A stretch of DNA of 64,000 nt from an uncultured bacterium (GTDB lineage: Bacteria; Babelota; Babeliae; Babelales; Babelaceae): assembly GCA_963713855.1 (NCBI GenBank), contig OY970209.1, positions 96,001-160,000 of the forward strand, in the 5' to 3' direction. The notes beneath the pieces were generated by a model that searched no databases, was not told the origin of the DNA, and worked only from the letters and a program-made list of their open reading frames with translations. Each line of letters begins with the position of its first letter. The stretch's first letter is position 1. Both the position numbers and the translations under genes were made by a program. This document shows positions 33,416 through 43,889 of the stretch, one piece after another.

Positions 33416-34822
33416 ATGAATCGTCGTCCAGTTGTTCGCTTTGCACCTTCACCAACAGGATTTATGCATCTAGGAAACGTACGCGCTGCTCTTCTTAACT
33501 TTCTTTTTGCTCGCCAAAAAGAAGGCACATTTATTCTTAGAATCGAGGATACCGATCCCCAAAGAAATGTGGACGTTGGCGCAAAGCATATTCTTGACGA
33601 TCTTTCTTGGCTGAACCTGACCTATGACCAAGGCCCTATTAAGGGTGGTCCCAATGCTCCTTACTTTCAGTCTGAACGAACAAACTATTATAAAACGTAC
33701 TTAGAAAAGCTTAAAGCCAAAAACATGGTATATTCCTGTTTTTGCAGTCCAGAAGAGCTTGAAACAAAAAGGCAGAGGCAAATCGCTTTACGCCAGCCAC
33801 CGCGTTACGATAGAGCGTGCCTTCGATTAAGCCCTCAAGAAAGAACCGCGCGAGAGGCGTCTTCAGGCTGCATTTGGAGATTTATGCTTCCCGATGAAAC
33901 AGTTTCCATTAACGATCTAGGGCGAGGAACCGTTGTTTTTGATTTTAAGCATTTTTCAGATTTTCCCTTAACGCGCCAGGATGGTTCTTTTACCTTTATT
34001 TTTGCAAACTTTGTTGACGATCTTTTGATGGGCATTACCCACGTAATACGCGGTGAAGACCACCTTACCAATACTGCATTACAGGCAGCCCTTTACCAAG
34101 CGTTTGATCATGAGCTTCCTAGTTTTTGGCACCTACCTATTATATGTAACGCTCAAGGCAAAAAACTATCAAAGCGAGATTTTGGTTTTTCATTGAGTGA
34201 TTTACGGATGAATGGGTTTCTGCCTGAGGCTATCTGTAACTACTTGGCGATACTTGGTGGTTCTTTTGAGCAAGAGATCATGAGTTTTGACGAGCTTATT
34301 AAAACGCTTGATTTTAACCATACGTCCTCTGCAAGCACTATCAAATATGACACTGAAAAGCTACGCTGGATGAATCATAAGTGGCTATCAAAAATTTCTC
34401 TTGATGAGCTTGCAACTCGCTGTCGACCGTATCTTATTCATGCGTACAAGAACGCGGAGCATATTTCGCAGGAAAAACTTATGTTCATCCTCTCTTTCGT
34501 ACGCACAGAAATGGTAACGCTTCACGACTGCGTTAACGCTTTAGCCTTCTACTTTAAAGAGCCAAAAATAGTTTCACCCATTAATCAGACAGCTCTTTCC
34601 ATTCTAAAAAAGATATTAAAAAGCCCCGAAGATCTTGCGGATAGTGAAGCATTCATTGAGCGCTTACGTAAAGAAGGAAAGACACAAAACCTTTCTACCA
34701 AAGAGCTTTTTGCAGCGCTGAGGCAGGGACTTACAGGCCAAATGCATGGTCCGAGCATCAAAGAACTCATTGAACTTCTAGGCGCTCAAGAATCGTACGA
34801 ACGCCTAAACAATATTGGGTAA
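33416..34822 (+). CDS. gltX: Glutamate--tRNA ligase
   Basis: RFAPSPTG.MHLG, LRIEDTD, HVIRGEDH, KLSKR, anticodon-binding domain. Confidence 0.96.
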   Translation: MNRRPVVRFAPSPTGFMHLGNVRAALLNFLFARQKEGTFILRIEDTDPQRNVDVGAKHILDDLSWLNLTYDQGPIKGGPNAPYFQSERTNYYKTYLEKLKAKNMVYSCFCSPEELETKRQRQIALRQPPRYDRACLRLSPQERTAREASSGCIWRFMLPDETVSINDLGRGTVVFDFKHFSDFPLTRQDGSFTFIFANFVDDLLMGITHVIRGEDHLTNTALQAALYQAFDHELPSFWHLPIICNAQGKKLSKRDFGFSLSDLRMNGFLPEAICNYLAILGGSFEQEIMSFDELIKTLDFNHTSSASTIKYDTEKLRWMNHKWLSKISLDELATRCRPYLIHAYKNAEHISQEKLMFILSFVRTEMVTLHDCVNALAFYFKEPKIVSPINQTALSILKKILKSPEDLADSEAFIERLRKEGKTQNLSTKELFAALRQGLTGQMHGPSIKELIELLGAQESYERLNNIG

Positions 34823-34877
34823 TAATTACAATTAAGCTTCAAGTTCACTTTTAGTGAGCTCTTTAACTGAGGTAAAA

Positions 34878-36434
34878 ATGAATAAAATTATTTTTTACAT
34901 TGCTGTCGTGGCAGCTTTTACCACCTTTTATTCAGCCCATACAATGGAAGAAGGCTTTCTTGAAGAATGTAAAAAGCTTAGTGAGCCGACAAATGATGAT
35001 GAGCAAAACGAACGAGACTCTAATCCAATAGCTCCGGAAGATCTTATTGAACAGGCTAGAGACCTTATCGGTGATCCTACAGCTCTATTAACTGACCTCT
35101 ATCAGGACGAATATTTTGTAATAAACAGCGCTCAAATTATTCTCAGTCTTCTTGAACAAGGAGCTAACCCAAACATTTATTCCCCTGATGGAGGTGGACT
35201 TCTCAATAATGCCGCGCACTATAATCCTACTCTGGTGCCCATTCTACTAAGTTTTGGTGCAGAGTTAGAAAACGTTAGCGAGCGAGACAAACTCGAATTC
35301 CTCGCACAAAATGGTATTACAGTTGAAGACGTAAATATGCTTGATGACAAGTACCTAACGATGCTTTTAAGAGTTCTTAAAGAAGCCGTCAAACAAGATA
35401 CCACGTGTCTCAAAGAGGCTTTACTTGGACAGCATTACGATACAGCAGATGAGCTTTGTTTACATGGAGCATCTTTGAGTCTCTTAAATAACTTTAGTCA
35501 GTTAAAACGGATAGACATGGATTGCGCGGTAAAAATTGCCCATTGGATGTTACTACATGGCTGCGAAATTTCTGTGGAATTTAGAAATATTATTTTTAGT
35601 CGCGTTGGGAAATTAACGTTGTTTGTTCTTATTGACGAAATTAATGACGCACAACTAGCTCTTAATGATTTCAACAATGAGCCATCTGCCTCACAAATTT
35701 CCGATCTTACAAATGCTTTTTTGCTTATGGCAGCTAGAGGTCAGCAAACACTAATTGATGAGACCTTAAGGTTAGCTAATTATCTTGACAGAAAAACTAT
35801 TAAAGATGCTCTTACACTGAGTGCTTTACACGGACAGTTACCGACATTTACCAACTTATTCAGAGCCATTGAAGGAAGGCTACAGTTGCAGCCATTAAGC
35901 TCCCAAAATTTTCTAAAAGCAATTACTAGAAGCTTCCAAGCGAGCGTAAGCTTGCTTTATAACGCTCTGCAACAAAGGTTTTTGTCAAACCGTGCGCCCG
36001 AAGTTCTTATGTCTCAGGAAGAATTTGAGGAAGCTCTAGGAAAAGCTCTTGCATGGGCAGTATTGCATAACAAAGAACCGATAATTAATTTTATTTTAGA
36101 TAGTGGCATCATGTTTTTTAGCACCTCGCTATTACTTCCCGCGCTTATGGTGAGTGCGAGGCAAAATAATGTACCTATGCTTCGAAGACTCATAAGCCTT
36201 TCAGAAATATATTTAACGACTGAAGAATTTAAAAATGCACTAGCTGGAGCTTATAGATGGGGAGTTTTACGAATAAATGAGCCCATAATCAATGAGCTTC
36301 AAGCATATGCGGCTAATCACGGTATTGATCTTAGTATTTTTGCCGAAGCTAATCGTATTGGAGCATTCATGCGCAATTGGCGCTTTTCTTACCTAGACAG
36401 ACTCGTACCTGCATCTCAAGAAAAAATACCTTAG
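34878..36434 (+). CDS. Secreted ankyrin-repeat-like protein
   Basis: Signal peptide; LLEQGANPN..GGGLLNNAA, LLSFGA and further degenerate ankyrin-like repeats. Confidence 0.7.
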   Translation: MNKIIFYIAVVAAFTTFYSAHTMEEGFLEECKKLSEPTNDDEQNERDSNPIAPEDLIEQARDLIGDPTALLTDLYQDEYFVINSAQIILSLLEQGANPNIYSPDGGGLLNNAAHYNPTLVPILLSFGAELENVSERDKLEFLAQNGITVEDVNMLDDKYLTMLLRVLKEAVKQDTTCLKEALLGQHYDTADELCLHGASLSLLNNFSQLKRIDMDCAVKIAHWMLLHGCEISVEFRNIIFSRVGKLTLFVLIDEINDAQLALNDFNNEPSASQISDLTNAFLLMAARGQQTLIDETLRLANYLDRKTIKDALTLSALHGQLPTFTNLFRAIEGRLQLQPLSSQNFLKAITRSFQASVSLLYNALQQRFLSNRAPEVLMSQEEFEEALGKALAWAVLHNKEPIINFILDSGIMFFSTSLLLPALMVSARQNNVPMLRRLISLSEIYLTTEEFKNALAGAYRWGVLRINEPIINELQAYAANHGIDLSIFAEANRIGAFMRNWRFSYLDRLVPASQEKIP

Positions 36435-36849
36435 ATTCTATCAGATCAATTTATGCGAGAAGAGTGGGACAATAAAAATTACCTCAGTTAAAGAGAAAAG
36501 GATTCTTTAATGGTGCTTTCCTGAAAGCATGCTTTTCATGATCACTGCATGAACAATTTGATATACGAAAAGCTCGGTGCCCTCTCTGCAAAAACAAGCA
36601 TAAAAAACCCGTGGAAGAAAAGAGGCCAGCAGACTGGTGGTTAACGGTTTTAGACTTTTTCCTAACTAACCTGACTTCGATCAAACGAAGCCCAATCCTT
36701 GTAATATTTTTGAGCCCCTTACTTTCACGGCTAAGCTAACTCATAACTGCTTACTTAAGACTTTTTGGGCAAGCTGGTCAGGAATAACCCTGACTGCTTG
36801 CCCGACAATAGGTGTCGTCTTCGAGAAACTCGAAAATCAGATCTCATGC

Positions 36850-37302
36850 CTATTTAACGGCCGTGCGTTCTGTTTTACTTGAAGAAGCAAGTGGCTTTCC
36901 TGCTCGGCATTTGCTATCAGCCCCCACTTTATACGACACAATCCATTTATTCTGCGGCCCACTAGTAATATAGAAAGTAACCGCTTGAGGCCCTTTATCA
37001 ATAGGTAACTTTACAGTCTTGGATAATGAGCTTTTAACCTCAATATCTTCATCGCCTGTGGCTCTGTAAACTTTAGACTTATTTAAATCAATAACATTGC
37101 ATCCCTGCCTTGCGCACCAATCAGCTCCCACCATGAAGCTACCTTTCGGCTCCATCCGAAGGGGGTGCCAAAAATGGCTAAGCCAGAAAGCTATCTTTTC
37201 ATTGGTTAGGTTGCAGATATAGTACTCGATATTATCGGCGTTGCAGGAATGAACAAACCCAGCCAGAACCGCGAGCATCAGTAATCTTTTTAAAAATACC
37301 AT
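36850..37302 (-). CDS. Small secreted hypothetical protein
   Basis: SD AAGGAG; signal peptide; several Cys. Confidence 0.7.
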   Translation of the reverse strand: MVFLKRLLMLAVLAGFVHSCNADNIEYYICNLTNEKIAFWLSHFWHPLRMEPKGSFMVGADWCARQGCNVIDLNKSKVYRATGDEDIEVKSSLSKTVKLPIDKGPQAVTFYITSGPQNKWIVSYKVGADSKCRAGKPLASSSKTERTAVK

Positions 37303-37960
37303 AGATATTCTCCTTAATTATCGCTTTTTATTGAGACTTCTTGATAGCTGCAGCATACCAAAAATCATGGCCAAATTGCAATATTATGACGAATCATGGC
37401 TTTATAATGGGATTACTTTATTATTAGAGTTTTGCGTAATAAGATGGGTTCTGAGGGATATTTGGGCGGCCTTCGGGCGTCTCTTTTGGCGGCCTTTACA
37501 AAAAAGTACTTTTTAGAGGATAATAAGTGATAATAAAAGGGTAATCCAACGAGAGTTTTCTATGATACAAAATCTGCACCCCCTGTCCTTTGAGTTGAAA
37601 GCCAATTGTGCTTGCAGTAATTTAACGATATCAACAAAGCGGGAAGTGCGGGTAATACGCAAAATTAAGGAAGCTGCAGAATTAAGATCTTTCCTTTATT
37701 CAAGGAAAGATTTGCGTTAAACTTTCCTAAAATAAAGGAAAGTTAGCAGTGAACCACATGGATACAAATGTTATACGTCAGATCTTGCCAGGAGAATTTC
37801 GCGATAGGCTTTCTTCTCTTGAAAATATTGTTGCCCTGACATCGTATTTCCGTGCCAACTAAGATAAAAATTATTATTGCTATGCGGCGTACAGGAAAAA
37901 CGTATTTTGTGTATCTTAACGTCCTTTTTATTTTTGCCATCTAGCAATCGACTACCAGTA

Positions 37961-38203
37961 CTAAAGAGTTTGAAAGCGATTTGGAAGTTTAACAAGCTGT
38001 GAAACTATAGCTCGCTTTTTAAGAGAGTCCATGATACTGCAAAAAAGCTCTTCTTGGCTTTCGGGCACAAAGAACTCAAAGAGCGATTGCTCTTTGTCGA
38101 GTGTACGATCAAAGGCCAGATGTTCATGGCTTCTTAAAAACGAAACGAGCAACCACGTGTCTTTACGTACAACCCGAGCTTGATAATAAGCACAATACGG
38201 CAT
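37961..38203 (-). CDS. Small conserved-looking hypothetical protein
   Basis: SD GAGGA before MPYCAYY; the longer ORF start would overlap the permease. Confidence 0.6.
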   Translation of the reverse strand: MPYCAYYQARVVRKDTWLLVSFLRSHEHLAFDRTLDKEQSLFEFFVPESQEELFCSIMDSLKKRAIVSQLVKLPNRFQTL

Positions 38204-38252
38204 ACAATTTCCTCTAAGGTTATACTGTGTATTATACCAAACGGAAAGAAAC

Positions 38253-39428
38253 ATGACTACTAAATCACCAGCTAAAATGAGCACCTTTATGGCCACGATC
38301 GTAGGTATGAATGCCATGATCGGTGCTGGCATTTTCACCATACCCGAACAACTTCAGCGAACTGTAGGACCAGCTGCTCTTCTTACGTATGCATTTGTTA
38401 TCGGTGCTGTATGGAGCATAGCTTATTCTCTATCTCGAGTCGCTTATCATTATCCCCAAGAAGGCTCTTTCTACACCTACATTCAAGCATGGGCAGGAAA
38501 AAAAGTTGGTCTTGCAGCTGCTTTTCTTTATTGCACAGGTCTCGTTGTAGCCCTGGGGCTTCTTACTTATATGACGGGTATTTACCTTTATCGATTCTTT
38601 CCTCAGCTTTCGCCCCAGATACTTGGCAGTATTGCTCTTGGCATATTGGTATTTACCATTTTAGCCGGGACTAAGATCCTTCATTGGGGGCAGATAGTAC
38701 TTATTATTTTTACGATACTGCCATTAGCAGTTATTACTGTTTTATGTTTAAGCAAGGCGGATGTACGTAACCTTACGCCGTTCATGCCTTATGGACCACA
38801 AGCAATTTTTCGTGCCGCTAGAATAGTGATCTTTGGATTTTTTGGATTTGAATCTGTTGCAGCACTACACGCACTCGTTGCTCATCCTACGCGTACAGTA
38901 CCACGCGCTATAACTGCCTCCATCATTGCTGTAAGCATTGTATATGTAACATTTATACTCGCCACCCTCTTGGGCATACCACGTGCGATGGTATTACAGG
39001 GTGGGACCTTGCCCGACTTTCTATATAAATTGTTTCCAACATATTCATGGCTCATTACCCTAATCAATTGGGGTATAATCATTACCATCATGGGAACAAT
39101 ACATTCAATGATTTGGTCAGTCGGTACTCTTTTGCAATCCTTGACACGAATGACTACTCACTCTTTCTATTTAAGCTCCAGACAAGCTACACTCATCTTA
39201 AGTTTTTTTGTATGGCTAAGCAGTATTATGTTTAAAAGTCTTGATTTATTTTTCAATATTGCAGCACTTTGTATTATTATTGCACTGACTGGAGCGATTT
39301 GGCCCCTTGCAAGCAATATGATTCCAAGTACGAAAGGCCAAAGAATGATAGCTTGGGCAGGTATAGTGAGTGCGTTCATTATGTGTACTTATGCACTTGA
39401 AGGAATTTGGAAACATATGCTAAGTTAA
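38253..39428 (+). CDS. APC-family amino acid permease
   Basis: MIGAGIF, EGSFY, FGFFGFE, about 11-12 TM segments. Confidence 0.9.
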   Translation: MTTKSPAKMSTFMATIVGMNAMIGAGIFTIPEQLQRTVGPAALLTYAFVIGAVWSIAYSLSRVAYHYPQEGSFYTYIQAWAGKKVGLAAAFLYCTGLVVALGLLTYMTGIYLYRFFPQLSPQILGSIALGILVFTILAGTKILHWGQIVLIIFTILPLAVITVLCLSKADVRNLTPFMPYGPQAIFRAARIVIFGFFGFESVAALHALVAHPTRTVPRAITASIIAVSIVYVTFILATLLGIPRAMVLQGGTLPDFLYKLFPTYSWLITLINWGIIITIMGTIHSMIWSVGTLLQSLTRMTTHSFYLSSRQATLILSFFVWLSSIMFKSLDLFFNIAALCIIIALTGAIWPLASNMIPSTKGQRMIAWAGIVSAFIMCTYALEGIWKHMLS

Positions 39429-39504
39429 AGGTGCTTTAAGTATATACAGCTCTTTTTTAAGGCGGTCAGTAGCGCCTTAAAAAAGGTCGGAAAGGATAGT
39501 AGTA

Positions 39505-41046
39505 ATGTCAGCACGTCGACTTCTCACGTATGCTTTTGTTGTATGCTGCCTTGCATCGCAAACGCTTGAAGGATATTTAACAAGACTTACTAACAACGAT
39601 CCTTATCCGCTTTTTGCCTCAAGTGACCCTTATGAATTTTTAGCGCGCTGCTACAAAAATGACCTAGAAGACTACTGCGAACCTTGCAATGCTGGGTGCT
39701 TTAGAATGGCATTTTCAGGTTTTCGACAATCAGCACTAGCAGGCACTGATATGGAAGAAGTTGAAGACACGCCTTTGGGAGATCTTAAAGGTCGTTGGAA
39801 CATGATCGGGCTCTTTTATGACCCGAATGCCGCCGATGTTCTTATATCCGGCCTTGACCTTGTTACCAGCTTTACCTCATGTATTACAGATTCACCACTT
39901 AATATTAATCTGCTGACCGATCCTGCTGGAGCTGACCCTAAGCAACAATTCGGTTTTCTTTCTGTGCCAATACTCTACCGCAAGTACGGAAGCCGCTTTA
40001 TTGGTGAATTTGCTCTCCCATGCGGCTTTAGCTTAGAGCTTCGTGGAGGTTTAGTCCAAGTATGGCAAGAACCTAAATTTGTAGACCTTTCCTGCACGGC
40101 AACTGGTCAAACATGTCCAGTGCGTGACTGTACCGGCACTGATAATACAATACAAAATTTTCCGAACAGTTGCCCACCAGTTAATACTCTCAGCGAACAG
40201 GGAGTTACTGCAACAAATTGTGTAAATGCCAACTGTTGCATTGACGTACCACGATGCGAGTGTAAAACGCTGGTTATAGACAAGATTATTAAGCGAAAAG
40301 ACTTAATTGAAGACCTTCTTGGCTTCAAAGCAGATGAAAGCCTCTTCACCTCCGCGCCTTTCGTACAAACGGGACTTGAAGATACTGAAATAAACGTAAA
40401 TTGGCTTCAGCTCTTCCCGGTCAATAAAGGTAGAGCAGACTGGCCATTCTTCGTCCTTATGCCTTTTGCAAGCTTTGGTATTACCATTCCAACGGGCACC
40501 AGAGTTAACAAGGCCAATCTTTTTGCCCTACCTACAAGTAATAATGGACACTGGTCTTATGGTGGCAATTTTGGCATGACTATAGATTTTGTTGATGCTT
40601 TTACCATTGGCGGCGAGCTTGGCTTTACAGGCTTTACGCCTAGAGTGTATAACCGGTTTCCAGCGCCAACACAACAACTTCAATCAGGCGTATTTCCAGA
40701 GATAGTAAGTATGCGCGTAAGTCCTGGATTTAACTGGCATGCTGCCGTGTACTTTGGCTCATATCGCTTTTTAGACAGATTCTCCGCATGGGGTCAATAC
40801 GCTGTAATAAGCCACCAGAGAGACCACTTCCAACTAGTGTCACGAACATTCCACCCCGATAATACTCCTATCTTATTCGATAAACTCAAGCAGGAGTCGA
40901 GTTTTAGGGTACATTATGTTAACGTGGCTCTCAATTACGAGATATCACCTAATTGTCAGCTTGGTGTAGTGTGGCAGATCCCTGTGTTCCAGCAAAATGC
41001 CTATCGCTCTAGTATGGTTATGGGGACATTCCAAATATTCTTTTAA
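39505..41046 (+). CDS. Putative outer-membrane beta-barrel protein with Cys-rich insertion
   Basis: Signal peptide, amphipathic beta-strand pattern, C-terminal aromatic FQIFF. Confidence 0.6.
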   Translation: MSARRLLTYAFVVCCLASQTLEGYLTRLTNNDPYPLFASSDPYEFLARCYKNDLEDYCEPCNAGCFRMAFSGFRQSALAGTDMEEVEDTPLGDLKGRWNMIGLFYDPNAADVLISGLDLVTSFTSCITDSPLNINLLTDPAGADPKQQFGFLSVPILYRKYGSRFIGEFALPCGFSLELRGGLVQVWQEPKFVDLSCTATGQTCPVRDCTGTDNTIQNFPNSCPPVNTLSEQGVTATNCVNANCCIDVPRCECKTLVIDKIIKRKDLIEDLLGFKADESLFTSAPFVQTGLEDTEINVNWLQLFPVNKGRADWPFFVLMPFASFGITIPTGTRVNKANLFALPTSNNGHWSYGGNFGMTIDFVDAFTIGGELGFTGFTPRVYNRFPAPTQQLQSGVFPEIVSMRVSPGFNWHAAVYFGSYRFLDRFSAWGQYAVISHQRDHFQLVSRTFHPDNTPILFDKLKQESSFRVHYVNVALNYEISPNCQLGVVWQIPVFQQNAYRSSMVMGTFQIFF

Positions 41047-41047
41047 C

Positions 41048-41076
41048 TGGACAATAACGGCTATAGGCTATACAAT
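41048..41076 (+). promoter_or_regulatory. Putative rpsU promoter
   Basis: TGGACA-17 nt-TACAAT. Confidence 0.5.
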
Positions 41077-41122
41077 AAGGAAAACACCTTTTTTATCTAA
41101 GCTATAAGGAGTATTGATTATA

Positions 41123-41341
41123 ATGGCTACCATGAGACGCAAAGGCAACGTTACTGTTCCTGTGAATGATAACATTGAGCGCGCTTTGCGCCAACTTAAA
41201 AAAAAGATTGAAAGAGAAGGCGTAGTGCGCGATATGAAGCGTTTAGTATACTATGAATCGCCTACTCAAAAGCGTCGTAAAAAGCTCATGCGCGCTATCA
41301 AGCAAAATTGGATTCGCATGGCAGCACATAATATCATTTAA
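41123..41341 (+). CDS. rpsU: 30S ribosomal protein S21
   Basis: IERALRQLKKK..REG, YYESPTQKRRKK. Confidence 0.92.
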   Translation: MATMRRKGNVTVPVNDNIERALRQLKKKIEREGVVRDMKRLVYYESPTQKRRKKLMRAIKQNWIRMAAHNII

Positions 41342-41344
41342 GCC

Positions 41345-41719
41345 ATGTCCTCCCCTTCGCCGATTCAAAGCATAAAAAAATCACAACGAGAGTCTCAGTT
41401 ACTTAAAGAAGTTACCGAACTACTAAGGCAAGCAGCTCTTGACGATCCGCGGCTCGGTCATGTTTTTGTAAGCAGAGTAGAACTTTCTCCTGACAGTAAA
41501 GTATGTACCGTTTATTTTTATTCGCTTGAAGGCGAAGCTCATTTTGAAAAAACGCTTGAAATATTAAAACTATATAAACCTTCTTTACGAAAAGCCCTCG
41601 CCCAACGCGTTAATAGAAGATATACACCTGAGCTTCTTTTTAAGTTCGACACAAGATTTAAAAAGCAGCAAAAGCTTGAAGAGCTCTTCGAGAAAATAAA
41701 AACGGAAGAATCCTCATAG
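41345..41719 (+). CDS. rbfA: Ribosome-binding factor A
   Basis: DPRL, VELSPD, RYTPELLFKFD. Confidence 0.9.
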   Translation: MSSPSPIQSIKKSQRESQLLKEVTELLRQAALDDPRLGHVFVSRVELSPDSKVCTVYFYSLEGEAHFEKTLEILKLYKPSLRKALAQRVNRRYTPELLFKFDTRFKKQQKLEELFEKIKTEESS

Positions 41720-41721
41720 TT

Positions 41722-42483
41722 TTGTTCATTTTTTTTGGAGCTCTTTGTTGGGGCTCCCTTTTAAACGTTATTGCATATAGTTGGCTCAATGCAGTTTCCT
41801 GGAGCGGCCGCCGCTCTACTTGCCCAAGCTGCAAGCACGCACTTTCTTGGTATGACCTTATTCCGCTCATATCCTGGATATTCCTTAATAGACAATGCCG
41901 TTATTGTAAAACCACCATTTCATGGCTTTATCCCTTGGTTGAAGCTATCACCGCTTTGTCTCTTACGCTCGCTTGGCTCTTATTGCCAATCGAATATATC
42001 CCCGCCTACTGGACGTTCTTTTCTGGGCTTATCATTACACTACGAACAGATTTAGAAGCCTACCTCGTTTTTAGACCTGCAACAATGGGTCTTCTTCCCA
42101 TAGCTTTTTTAACAAGTGCAATCGGGTTCCTACCTTTGACGCTTTTTGAAAGCATATTTGGAGCAATTACAGGTTACGCAATTCTCTGGATCATACGCAC
42201 CTTATTTTTTCGTCTCACGGGAAAAGAAGGGCTTGGAGAAGGGGACCTTGACATCTTAAGCATGGTTGGGGGATTTACCGGTATTACTGGTGTCTGGATA
42301 ACCCTTACCTTAAGCTCCATTTTGGGCTTAGTGGCTACCGGTCTTTATTTACTCTTTTATGGCAAGTCAACTACAACATCTTTTAAAGAGCTTCCTATAC
42401 CTTTCGGTCCATTTTTAGCGCTCGGAGCGATTTCATATGTCCTCTGGGGCAAAACGTTAACATGGTATATTTTGCATTGTTGA
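41722..42483 (+). CDS. pilD: Prepilin peptidase (A24)
   Basis: GSLLNV, RSTCPSC, CRYC, YPLVE, GLGEGD, PFGPFLA. Confidence 0.9.
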   Translation: MFIFFGALCWGSLLNVIAYSWLNAVSWSGRRSTCPSCKHALSWYDLIPLISWIFLNRQCRYCKTTISWLYPLVEAITALSLTLAWLLLPIEYIPAYWTFFSGLIITLRTDLEAYLVFRPATMGLLPIAFLTSAIGFLPLTLFESIFGAITGYAILWIIRTLFFRLTGKEGLGEGDLDILSMVGGFTGITGVWITLTLSSILGLVATGLYLLFYGKSTTTSFKELPIPFGPFLALGAISYVLWGKTLTWYILHC

Positions 42484-42584
42484 TTTTTTCCCCAATTATG
42501 ATACCTTATAGTTAATCATATTAGACAATTTTTTGTTTTCTCTAATCGGATCTTCATGTTTTAAAAACAATCGCAGGTTAGTAT

Positions 42585-43688
42585 ATGAATTTATATAATA
42601 AAATATTTTTAGCTATTCTCTTTAGTATTATACCTTTATATGCTATTGCCCAGCATAAAAAAATAGTTACTGTTAACTATGTAAAGGGAATACATTTTGA
42701 TAGCGAAGGTCATTTTTATAGTAATGACGATGCAGTAAGATTTTTAGGGCAAGCAGCCAAAGAAGGCAAGGTTTCCAAAAATTTTAATACCATAAAAGCA
42801 GTACGAAAACTCTCTAAAGAATCTGCTGAAGGCTTGGCAAATGAGCAATTACTTTTAGTTAAATGTCAACAAGATGACTATATTATTAAAGAAATTAGAA
42901 GAGATAAAGATCCGCGTGGAGAAATTGCACGGTTAGAACACGCTCGCCAAGCTCAGAGCCTACAAGAGTATATTCATCCCAAAAATAAAGGAAAATTACA
43001 ATTTATCTTTCCGCTTAGTTATTTACGATATATCTATAATGACAAAGAACACATTTTAGTAGTGATGCCACGAGCAAAGGGTGAACGTTTGCAATCGATT
43101 ATGGAGAAGTTTAAGAATAATCCCTATGATCGAAATGTTATTGCTTTAGCATGTAGAGCATATGACGATCTTGGTAATGCAATGGGCAAATTTTACCAAC
43201 ATCAAGGTAATCTCGATCATACTATAGTTCATAATGATTTTCATCACGGTAATATTATGTATGATGCAAAGCAGCATCTAATTACGCTCGTTGATAATGA
43301 GCGAATTTCTCGATCACTTAATTCTCCTACAGATATAAGTAGTGATTTGGGTTATCTATTTGTTACTTCGCCTTTTGTTATTGAATGGGCCCATCCAGAG
43401 TTCATTAAAGGTTTAGACGTTCATCGTTGGTATAAAATTTCGTTAACAAGCTTTATACTTGGCTTTATGCGGGCTTATCCACATGAACAACGCCTTGACG
43501 TATTTAAAAAAGTGATGTCATTATTACTCAGATGGAATGTTGAAGTAAATAAAGATGCTTCACGAGAAATGCGTGGTATTATCAAAGAAATTCTTATTAA
43601 TAATGACAAAAACGATCAGAATCTTGAGCGGCAGTTATTACACGAAGGGAAGAGTCTGCAGGAAATCCGAATTTGGATACAGCGGTAA
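42585..43688 (+). CDS. Secreted protein-kinase-like/phosphotransferase protein
   Basis: Signal peptide; YIIKE, HNDFHHGN catalytic loop, LVDNE (DFG-equivalent). Confidence 0.7.
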   Translation: MNLYNKIFLAILFSIIPLYAIAQHKKIVTVNYVKGIHFDSEGHFYSNDDAVRFLGQAAKEGKVSKNFNTIKAVRKLSKESAEGLANEQLLLVKCQQDDYIIKEIRRDKDPRGEIARLEHARQAQSLQEYIHPKNKGKLQFIFPLSYLRYIYNDKEHILVVMPRAKGERLQSIMEKFKNNPYDRNVIALACRAYDDLGNAMGKFYQHQGNLDHTIVHNDFHHGNIMYDAKQHLITLVDNERISRSLNSPTDISSDLGYLFVTSPFVIEWAHPEFIKGLDVHRWYKISLTSFILGFMRAYPHEQRLDVFKKVMSLLLRWNVEVNKDASREMRGIIKEILINNDKNDQNLERQLLHEGKSLQEIRIWIQR

Positions 43689-43856
43689 AAATTACGCTTA
43701 ACGAAAACAGTAGAGCATTTAACAAAAAAGACTTAGAGGCAATATTTGTTGCATGAGTGCCTATCTTAATTGAAGCACACGACAATCAGCTATTTGAAGC
43801 GGCCCATGAAAAGGAAGAGCGGAATTTATAAGATCGGTTGTTGACTTAAGAGATTG

Positions 43857-43889
43857 AAAGAGGCTCATTTTAAAATGAGCCTCTTTTTT
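43857..43889 (+). terminator. Perfect 30-bp palindrome with T run, probable terminator
   Basis: AAAGAGGCTCATTTT/AAAATGAGCCTCTTT followed by T's. Confidence 0.6.

Noticed and set aside
37330..37960. Short minus-strand ORFs as a gene or pseudogene
   Set aside because: No recognisable motif; cannot be supported without a homology search.
39453..39484. 12-bp stem-loop after the permease as a terminator
   Set aside because: Followed by A's on both strands rather than a U tract; function unclear.
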